Assembly: GCA_964497425.1 (NCBI GenBank)
Contig: CAZCCR010000006.1
Location: 13,306 to 77,305, forward strand
Length of the DNA: 64,000 nt
Direction of reading: 5' to 3'
From: an uncultured Gaiellales bacterium
GTDB lineage: Bacteria > Actinomycetota > Thermoleophilia > BMS3ABIN01
Shown here piece after piece: positions 37,582 through 45,930 of this stretch (within the stretch, counting starts at the first letter, position 1; each line of letters opens with the position of its first letter). The notes beneath the pieces are model-generated. The model did no database searches. It saw nothing but the letters and a program-made list of their open reading frames with translations, and had not been told where the DNA came from. Position numbers and translations under genes: made by a program.

Positions 37582-38636
37582 GGCAGCTTCCCGCCGGTCT
37601 GTCCGCCACGCCTCGACCTCCTGGCGAGAAGGCGCGCGATCAAAAGTGATGCGGAGACGGCCAGCCCCAGTCCCAGGGCCGCTGACAGGATATATCCGGG
37701 AGTCGAAGCCCAGAGGCCTTCCCCGCCGCCCGGCAGGGCATAATCGGGCAATATGCCGCTCCACCAGCCGGCGAAACGTTCCATGCCGGCGGGGATGAAA
37801 CCCAGTTCCTGGCCTATCTCTTCCGTGCTCCATTCTCCCCAGGCGGAGCCGCCGGCCAGGAGTCCCAGGGGGACGAAGATCGCCATCAACAGCAGTGTCA
37901 CGAACAGGGGTCTGAGCCTGTAGCCCTTTCCCGGGCCCTGTCCGCCCCCCTCTTCCCCGGCGGCCGGGAGGTAAAGGAGTCCCGGGTCCGTGCGCTCTAT
38001 CCAGATCACGGCCAGGGCGGTGACCACCGCCTCCAGGGGGCCGATCACGCTGAGATGGGCCAGCATCATGGCGGGGACCGCCTGGTCGAGGCCATAGGGT
38101 GAGTAGAGGGCGGCGCCGCCGGCGGTGTGGAACAGCCCCGGCTGGATGCCTATCTCGACGGCGGTCAGCAGCGCCGCCGCGTTCACGCCGGCGTAGGCGC
38201 CGGCGGCGCCGCCCAGCCAGCGCCGCGGCGAGTCCGCCGCGGCGCCCCGCGCCACCAGGCTGTAGACCATGTATCCGGTGAGGGGCAGGACAAAAGCCAT
38301 GTTGAAACAGTTGGCGCCGAGGGCGAGGATACCGCCGTCACCGAAGAAGAGCGCCTGGATGACCAGGGCCACGGTGACGGAGATGACCGCCGCCCAGGGG
38401 CCGACGAAAAGGGCGACCAGGGTGCCGCCGGCGATGTGACCGGTAGTGCCGCCGGGTACGGGCACGTTGAACATCATGATGACGAAGGTGAAAGCGGCGC
38501 CGACGGCGATGAGGGGGGCGCGGCGGTCCCTGAGGCCGCGTCTGACCCGCGTGCCGGCATAATACCAGGCCGGGACCATCATCGCCCATAGTCCCCCGGC
38601 GGTCTGGGGGCTGATATAACCATCGGGTATATGCAT
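37578..38636 (-). CDS. cbiM: ECF substrate component, CbiM/NikM fused to an N-type (PDGLE-like) domain
   Basis: N-terminal MHIPDG; GGTTGH; LFFGDGG..ALGANCFN; C-terminal AWGEW...LPDYALPG domain. Confidence 0.92.
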   Translation of the reverse strand: MHIPDGYISPQTAGGLWAMMVPAWYYAGTRVRRGLRDRRAPLIAVGAAFTFVIMMFNVPVPGGTTGHIAGGTLVALFVGPWAAVISVTVALVIQALFFGDGGILALGANCFNMAFVLPLTGYMVYSLVARGAAADSPRRWLGGAAGAYAGVNAAALLTAVEIGIQPGLFHTAGGAALYSPYGLDQAVPAMMLAHLSVIGPLEAVVTALAVIWIERTDPGLLYLPAAGEEGGGQGPGKGYRLRPLFVTLLLMAIFVPLGLLAGGSAWGEWSTEEIGQELGFIPAGMERFAGWWSGILPDYALPGGGEGLWASTPGYILSAALGLGLAVSASLLIARLLARRSRRGGQTGGKLP

Positions 38637-38819
38637 GTTCCATACTCCTTTCCGGCCCTTCAGAATGAATGGCCATCGGCCGTCTGTCCCTGCGCGGCCT
38701 GCCGGCCGCGCGCGGGCCTTCGAGGCCCGGAGTACTTCATGCTTCCCGCGTTGGCTGGGTCCGGTCCGGCCGCCGCCTGGGGCCGGATGATCGATCCGGG
38801 TACACCCGGTAATACAGGC

Positions 38820-39005
38820 TCAACGCGTGAGGAACACCTTGTGCTCCAGTAGTCTCAGTTCCTTGATACGTGCCTCCACTATCTGTTGCCGGCCCAGCAG
38901 GTCGGTCAGGATCAGGCGGTCGCCTTCGGGGGTGATGGTGGCGACATCCTCCATCACTTTCTCTTTCTCCCCGTCACTGAGCAGGAAGACTGTGAGTTCA
39001 CACAT
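38820..39005 (-). CDS. cooT: CooT-family nickel-binding protein
   Basis: MCELTVFL...VMEDVATI...LTDLLG...RIKELRLLEHKV; Cys2 and late His; GGAGGTGA RBS. Confidence 0.85.
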   Translation of the reverse strand: MCELTVFLLSDGEKEKVMEDVATITPEGDRLILTDLLGRQQIVEARIKELRLLEHKVFLTR

Positions 39006-39516
39006 CAGCGTTCACCTCCCCGCCCGGCTCGACCATCTCTTTCACTTTTTCCAGAGCTTCTTCCATCATATGGGGCAGAGGCTGTTTCGCCGTAGCTATG
39101 AATTCCATCCCCGGCTGGCTCATGGGCAGCAGCACCTTGCGCGCCGGCGCCGAGGCGATGGCTTCGGCCATCCCCGGGGTCAGCTCCCCCATGTAGGAGT
39201 TGGGGATAACGGCGGCGGCGGGCGCTAGGATGACGTCCGCCTCCCCGATGGACACGCGGATCGCGTTCTCGCCGGTGGCACCGCGGCTGGCGCGGGCCTT
39301 CATCATCCTGGCGGTGGCGGCCGCGTTGGTGCCGAAGGCGACTATCTCCGTATCCGCCGACAGTTCACGGCGCAGCTGGCTGATGATCTGGTGGCCGATG
39401 TTGCCACCCATCCCGTCTATGACAGCTATGGTCTTGCCGCTGATGACATGCCTCCGGTTCCTTTGGTCCTCAGCTCCGTCGTTCCAGCTCCGTCGTTCGG
39501 GCCGGGGAGTGCTCAT
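38998..39516 (-). CDS. DUF3842-family protein (start uncertain)
   Basis: IAVIDGMGGNIG; GTNAAATARMMKA; GATGENAI; GELTPGMAEAI. Nearest in-frame ATG is at 39516; the frame stays open to 39735. Confidence 0.8.
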   Translation of the reverse strand: MSTPRPERRSWNDGAEDQRNRRHVISGKTIAVIDGMGGNIGHQIISQLRRELSADTEIVAFGTNAAATARMMKARASRGATGENAIRVSIGEADVILAPAAAVIPNSYMGELTPGMAEAIASAPARKVLLPMSQPGMEFIATAKQPLPHMMEEALEKVKEMVEPGGEVNADV

Positions 39517-39718
39517 TCGGGCCGGCGCGCACTCACACGGGCCGTCAGGCGCTCGCCCTGTCTCCGCACCCGGAACGCACGCTGTCCGTACGATCGGCGT
39601 GCACGACCGGCGCGCCACCCGGCACCCGCACCCGGAACAACCCTGTTCGTACGACCCGCACCATCCGGTCTCCGTACCCGGAACACACCCTCTCCGCACA
39701 ACCGGCGCGCCCACCCGG
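39471..39718. repeat. Mosaic of direct repeats
   Basis: Exact tandem CAGCTCCGTCGTTC x2 (39471-39498); three ~37-bp imperfect units with core CCCGGAAC (39569, 39631, 39677); ACCGGCGCGCC(C)ACCCGG x2 (39606, 39701). Confidence 0.7.
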
Positions 39719-40060
39719 TCCTCCGCACGGCTCATACCCTATCCGACGCTCCGCGTGCAGCCGCGGCTCGCCGGTAAAAAAACCCCGAAAGTCCGCAAAG
39801 CCAGGCAGGCTTTCCCGGACCTTCGAGGCCGGTGCTACATTCTTCAAACACAATGATAAAGGCGTTTCCCAAGAGCCTGCAGCTCTTCCCAGAGGAGGCT
39901 TCGGCCTCCTGCCTCATAAACTAGCCCAGACGGCGGGGCCAGTCAAGTGAAACGGGCTTCCGTCCGTTAAAGGTAGTTCAGGCCGTTAAAGGTTATCCAG
40001 GGATTACCGATAGGCCTGATGCACGCTGAATGCCGTCAGGGGGCGGGCGGAGCATGCCGG

Positions 40061-40107
40061 GCGGCTCATTGGGGAGGGGTATTGGCGGCTCAATGGGGAG
40101 GGGTATT
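40061..40107 (+). repeat. 23-bp tandem duplication containing a Shine-Dalgarno-like sequence
   Basis: GCGGCTCATTGGGGAGGGGTATT followed by GCGGCTCAATGGGGAGGGGTATT (1 mismatch). Confidence 0.75.
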
Positions 40108-42412
40108 GTTTCCCGGAGTCCTGAATTCAAGGCCTGAAGAAGATTTCAGGTCCAAAAGGGAGAAGATACACTGGCCGGTTTTCATGATGGCCGGGCTGGG
40201 GGTGTTCATCAACGCCCTCTATTTCGGTCTTGAGCTGCTCACCGGGCCTGAAGAGTTCCTCTCCCATTTTGCCGCGAACCTGCCGGAGCACCTTTTCATC
40301 GCCTCCCTGATAGTCATCTTTCCCCTGGTCGCCTATCTCTCCCACCATGTCGTCGCCGGTTACCGCCTCAGTGAATATTCGCGACGCCTGGAGCTGGAGA
40401 TGAAGACGAGGAACAAGCAGCTCATCGACCTGATGAACTTCAACGAGAACATCATGAGCAGCGTCAACGACCTGATTTTCGTCATAGGCTCCGACGGCCG
40501 TTTCCAGTTCGTCGGCGGCAACTGTTCCGACATGCTCGGATGCGAACCGGCGGCGCTGGTGGGGCATCAGTTCATCGAACTGGTAGCGCCTGGTTCCGTA
40601 GCCGTCGCTGTCAACAACTTCGAGAGCGTCCTGCGCGGGATGGAAGTGCAGCCCTATGAGGTCGAGATCAGGACCGGGGAGGGAGAGACCAGGTTCATCG
40701 AGATCTCCAGCACCGCATATCACGAGAACGAGACCGTATCGGCACAGGTGGGTGTAGCCCGCGACGTCACCGCGCGAAAGAAGCTGGAGCAGCACGTAGT
40801 CGAGCGGAACAGGGAGCTTGCGGCTCTCAACGCGGTCGCCACCGCCGTCGGCCATTCTCTGGAACTCAGCGAGGTGCTGGGAGCGGCACTGGAACAGGTA
40901 GCGGCGCTGCTGCGTGTTGAGGACGCTTGCATATATGTTTATGACACCTCAAGCCGCGAACTCGAGTTGAGGGCCTGGAAGGGAGCCTGCGTCCGGAACA
41001 AGGAGGAGGCCGGCCGCCTGGCGCTGGGGGAGACCGCCTTCGGCAAGGCGGCGGAGAAGGGGTCGCCGATCCTGATCAACCGGCGCGACGACCCGGATGA
41101 GGTCAAACGGCTGTCATGTGATGAGGAGGTGGCCGCCATCGCCGCCATCCCCATGAGATACAGCGGCAGGCTGGTGGGTGTGCTCGGTCTCGCCAGCGGC
41201 GAAGCGGACCATTTCTCGCGAGCCGACATCGACCTGATGCGCGTGGTTTCCAGCCAGATAGCCATGGCGATGGATAATGCCATGCTTTACCAGGAGGCCC
41301 AGAGCAAGGCCAGGGAGCTGGCGGCGCGCAACGCCGACCTGGCGCTGGCCACGGACGAGGTGAGCAAGCTCATCGACGTGGCCGAGAAGGAGAGGAGCTT
41401 CGCCGTCCGTTCCAACAACCCCAACCTGGTCAAATGCTGGGAGATCAAGGGATGCACCCAGCACAACTGCCCTTCCTTCAAATCGGAGAACCTCCGCTGC
41501 TGGCAGGTCGCCGGGACCCATTGCGGAGGGGAGGTCCAGGGGGTCTTCGCCCAGAAATTCGGCAGGTGCGAGAAATGTGAGGTGTACCGCATGGCGCGGC
41601 CGGACATGCTCAGCGAGATCGGCGAGGCCTTCAACAACATGATGGCCATGCTGGAGCAGAAGGTGGAAGAACAGCGGCAACTGCAGGAGGAGCTTGTCCA
41701 GTCATCCAAGCTGGCGGCCATCGGCGAACTGGCCGCCAACATCGCCCACGAGATAAACAACCCGCTCACCGGCGTCCTCGGACACGCGGTGATGATGTCG
41801 CGCCAGGCTCCCGAGGGCGATCCCTTCCGGGAGAACCTGCGTGTCATCGAGAGTGAGACCATCCGGGCCCGGGACATCGTGCGCAACCTCCTGGACTTCT
41901 CCCGCAAGGAGGGTCTGAAACCCCGGAAGGTCGCCATCGCCGATGTCCTTGATGACACGCTGCCCCTGCTGCGGAAGCAGGCAGACCTGATCAATGTGGA
42001 GATAGTGCAGGATTATGCCAGGGATGTCCCTATGGTCTACGTAGATGTCAACCAGATGAAACAGATATTCATCAACATCCTCAACAACGCTCTCTTCGCC
42101 ATGCCGGATGGTGGCAGGCTGGTGATCACCATCCGGTCGGAGAAGCCCGACAGCCGGCGCCCCTGGGTCGAAGTATCCTTCCGCGACACGGGAGCGGGTA
42201 TATCCGAGGAGAACATGGACAGGATCTTCGACCCCTTCTTCACCAGCAAGGAAGCCGGGGAGGGAACGGGACTGGGCCTGTCGATATCACGGAGGATAGT
42301 CGAGGAGCATGGCGGCATGCTGGAGGCCGAGAGCCGCCTGGGTGAGGGCTCAACCTTCACGGTCAAACTGCCGACAGCCAATATTGCAAAAGATTTCAGG
42401 CACGTAGCCTGA
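40106..42412 (+). CDS. Sensor histidine kinase (2 TM, PAS, GAF, HAMP-like with inserted two-CW domain, HisKA, HATPase)
   Basis: H-box IAHEINNPL; QIFINILNNA; DTGAGI; GTGLGL; Cys cluster CWEIKGC..NC..RCWQVAGTHC..RCEKC. Start TTG 40106, or ATG 40019 per the track. Confidence 0.93.
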   Translation: MFPGVLNSRPEEDFRSKREKIHWPVFMMAGLGVFINALYFGLELLTGPEEFLSHFAANLPEHLFIASLIVIFPLVAYLSHHVVAGYRLSEYSRRLELEMKTRNKQLIDLMNFNENIMSSVNDLIFVIGSDGRFQFVGGNCSDMLGCEPAALVGHQFIELVAPGSVAVAVNNFESVLRGMEVQPYEVEIRTGEGETRFIEISSTAYHENETVSAQVGVARDVTARKKLEQHVVERNRELAALNAVATAVGHSLELSEVLGAALEQVAALLRVEDACIYVYDTSSRELELRAWKGACVRNKEEAGRLALGETAFGKAAEKGSPILINRRDDPDEVKRLSCDEEVAAIAAIPMRYSGRLVGVLGLASGEADHFSRADIDLMRVVSSQIAMAMDNAMLYQEAQSKARELAARNADLALATDEVSKLIDVAEKERSFAVRSNNPNLVKCWEIKGCTQHNCPSFKSENLRCWQVAGTHCGGEVQGVFAQKFGRCEKCEVYRMARPDMLSEIGEAFNNMMAMLEQKVEEQRQLQEELVQSSKLAAIGELAANIAHEINNPLTGVLGHAVMMSRQAPEGDPFRENLRVIESETIRARDIVRNLLDFSRKEGLKPRKVAIADVLDDTLPLLRKQADLINVEIVQDYARDVPMVYVDVNQMKQIFINILNNALFAMPDGGRLVITIRSEKPDSRRPWVEVSFRDTGAGISEENMDRIFDPFFTSKEAGEGTGLGLSISRRIVEEHGGMLEAESRLGEGSTFTVKLPTANIAKDFRHVA

Positions 42413-42437
42413 AAGCGGGGGACCAGGGGGTCTTGAA

Positions 42438-42824
42438 ATGGGACGAAAGAACAGTGTACTCGTGGTCGATGACGAAGAAGTCATCCGTGACGTATGCGCG
42501 CAGATACTCGTCGGTGAGGGATACGATGTCACGACGGTATGCAACGGCAGGGAGGCTCTGCACGAGGTGAGCGAGCACAGCTACGATGTGGTTGTGACCG
42601 ATATCATGATGCCGGACATGTCCGGCCTGGAGCTGCTGGAAGTGATCAAGAGCACCAGCCTGGACGTGTGCACCGTCGTCATCACCGGTCTGGGCACATT
42701 CGACATGGCGACGCAGTCGGACAGGCTGGGGGCAAGGGAGTTCGTGGTCAAGCCCTTCACGCCCGACGAACTGAGCCGGGCCGTGGGCAAGGCGCTCAGC
42801 AAGCAGAAACCGCTGGCGGGCTAG
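42438..42824 (+). CDS. Single-domain response regulator
   Basis: LVVDDE; VTDIMMPDMSGLE; ITG; VKPF; no output domain. Confidence 0.93.
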   Translation: MGRKNSVLVVDDEEVIRDVCAQILVGEGYDVTTVCNGREALHEVSEHSYDVVVTDIMMPDMSGLELLEVIKSTSLDVCTVVITGLGTFDMATQSDRLGAREFVVKPFTPDELSRAVGKALSKQKPLAG

Positions 42825-43531
42825 CGGCCTCCCAACCGCAGCCGCCATACCTGCGCCATGGCCTCGAAGACTATCCTTTTCGACATCTTCGACTGCCCCT
42901 GCTGGCGGTCGCTGAAAGTGATCGGCACCTCCTTCACCCGGAAGCCCTTCTTCAGCGCCTTGTAGGTTACCTCTATCTGGAAGCCGTAACCATGGGAGGA
43001 GACGCTGTCCAGGTCCAGTTCTTCCAGCACTTCCCGGCGGAAGCATTTGAAGCCGCCGGTCAGGTCGTTCACCGGCACCCCCAGGATCCATTTGGCATAG
43101 AGGCCGCCGCCACGGCTGATCATGCGCCGGAGCAGGCCCCAGTCCTCCACGCCGCCGCCCGGAACATACCTCGATCCCAGCACCAGGTCGGCCTCATCCG
43201 CCGCCTGGAGCATGCGGGGGACATACTCCGGGTTGTGGGAGAAGTCGCAGTCCATCTCGAAGATGAGGCGGGTGTCGCTCTCCAGGGCCTTCCTGAAGCC
43301 GGCGATATAGGCTGGGCCCAGGCCCTGCTTCTCCCGCCGGTGCAGTACCGATATGTTATCGTGGTCGCGGGCCAGCCTGTCGGCGATGGCGCCGGTTCCG
43401 TCGGGGGAGCTGTCGTCGACGATGAGTATCCTGCCGTCAAGGCCATGTCGGGCGAACACCCGCTGCAACGCGGCCACGAAGCGTTCCAGGTTCTCACGCT
43501 CGTTGAATGTGGGAAGGATTATGGTGAACAT
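42821..43531 (-). CDS. ppm1: Polyprenol-monophosphomannose synthase (GT2, Ppm1/Dpm1-like)
   Basis: LPTFNERENL; VDDSSPDGTG; MDCDFSHNP; GSRYVPGG; DLTGGFKCFR; YGFQIE. Confidence 0.88.
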   Translation of the reverse strand: MFTIILPTFNERENLERFVAALQRVFARHGLDGRILIVDDSSPDGTGAIADRLARDHDNISVLHRREKQGLGPAYIAGFRKALESDTRLIFEMDCDFSHNPEYVPRMLQAADEADLVLGSRYVPGGGVEDWGLLRRMISRGGGLYAKWILGVPVNDLTGGFKCFRREVLEELDLDSVSSHGYGFQIEVTYKALKKGFRVKEVPITFSDRQQGQSKMSKRIVFEAMAQVWRLRLGGR

Positions 43532-43540
43532 CCGGCTGCC

Positions 43541-44074
43541 TCAGCGGTGACGTGATTCGTCGCGGCAGAGTGTCCTGCCGTCGACCCGGTCGGCCCGGGA
43601 CTCCATCACCGGTTCACCGCAGCCGTCGCAGCGCACCGACCGCATGATGCGGGCCTCGGCGGGCAGCTCCATGGACGTTTCCGATATATCGAAAAGCTCA
43701 TCCGTGCGAGCGGCGAGCACCCTGTCGGTCCTTTCCTTCTTGCTTGCCCCTTCAGCCTGCCTCATGAAGCCCCAGCGCAGGGAGACGCGCACCGCCCTGC
43801 CTTCGTCCCTGCGGGCGAAGGTAAAGACCTGTTTACCCCAGTCGCGGAAGTAGAGGTTGCCTTTGCCGAAGGTGGCTCCGGCCAGATATTGCACCGCGTC
43901 CACGCTGCAGCTGTCGTTCTCGACGATGGCTATCAGCTCTTCGTCGCGGGCGCGCTCCACGCCCAGCCGCCTGAGCCCGGCCAGCGTGGCGCGGTAGCCG
44001 ATGGCCAGTCCCGGGCAGAGATGCCCGTGGAACGCGGTCAGCTGTTCAAGGGTTTCCTTGTCGTCGTCCATCAT
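43541..44074 (-). CDS. fmdE: FmdE (formylmethanofuran dehydrogenase subunit E-like) protein with C-terminal finger
   Basis: FHGHLCPGLAIGYR; ENDSCSVDAVQ; TFGKGNL; CDGCGEPVME. Confidence 0.88.
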   Translation of the reverse strand: MMDDDKETLEQLTAFHGHLCPGLAIGYRATLAGLRRLGVERARDEELIAIVENDSCSVDAVQYLAGATFGKGNLYFRDWGKQVFTFARRDEGRAVRVSLRWGFMRQAEGASKKERTDRVLAARTDELFDISETSMELPAEARIMRSVRCDGCGEPVMESRADRVDGRTLCRDESRHR

Positions 44075-44173
44075 GTCCGGTTCCGGTCATGTCCGGTTCG
44101 CCTCTATCCCTGTCACGAGATTGTAACCTAAAGTCGGGGCTTTCGCTGACGGCGAGGCGGCGGCTGGGCCGGG

Positions 44174-44946
44174 TCAGGTCACCAGGCGCCGCTGCATGCT
44201 GCGTACGGCCAGTTCCGTCAGTATCAGGGTGGAGACGAGGGCCCAGACCGTTTCGGGCAGAAGGGTGCCGGAGAGGCGGTCCAGCGTCAGCGAGCGCATG
44301 ACATCGACGAAGCTGGTGAGGGGGATGACCCAGGCTACCGCCTGCACCGGCGCGGGGAAGCGGGAGACGGGGAAGAAGGTGCCACAGAGGAACTGGGCCG
44401 GCAGCACGAAGCCGGCGAAGTAGAAGTGAAAGTATTCCATCTGGGCGATACGGCTGGTGACGATGATGGCGATGGCGGCGAAGTTGAAGGCCGCGAGGAA
44501 GGTGAGCAGGGGTATCAGCAACACCATCAGGCTGTGGAAGACACCGAAGACAGCCAGAACCGACAGCACCAGTACCGAGGTCACCAGACCCCTGGTGGCG
44601 CCCCAGGCTATCTCCGCCGCCCCTACCTCGGCGGCGCTCACCGGGGTCGAGATTATCCCCTCGAACGTGTTCTGCATACGCATGCGGAAGTAGGAGCCGT
44701 AGGTGCATTCGAAGGTGGCCTGCATGATGGCGGCGATGCCGAGTATGCCGGGGGCGACGAACTCCAGGTACGGCACACCCTCCATCTCGTCGATGTAGGA
44801 GCCGATACCCAGGCCGAACACGAAGATGAAGAGGATGGGCTCGGCCAGAGCGGGGAAGACGTTGAACTTCCACAGCGCCAGGTATACCTGTGCGTTTCGC
44901 ATCCATACGCGCCCGAAGGCGGGGGTGACCGACAGGAGGCCCTCTC

Positions 44947-44950
<4 letters not shown>
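44174..44950 (-). CDS. ABC-2 exporter permease (NodJ-like)
   Basis: [12 protein letters not shown]; YLEFVAPG; FECTYGSY; QFLCGTFFP. Start ATG 44950. Confidence 0.88.
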
Positions 44951-45849
<899 letters not shown>

Positions 45850-45930
45850 CCCTGCATCATAAAGGTTCAGGGGAGCAGGTTTCCAGCCCGACAGGCTGGT
45901 TTCAGCCGTGGCGAAAGAGGGATTAAGATA

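Noticed and set aside
39471-39718. CRISPR array (also considered for 62031-62070)
   Set aside because: The repeats are degenerate, irregularly spaced or directly adjacent, with no unique spacers and no cas genes.
39770-39812. c-di-GMP-I riboswitch-like words (GGTAAA...GAAA...GCAAAGCC)
   Set aside because: The stem closing the GAAA loop cannot form (CCCC-GAAA-G) and the downstream P1 and receptor elements are absent.
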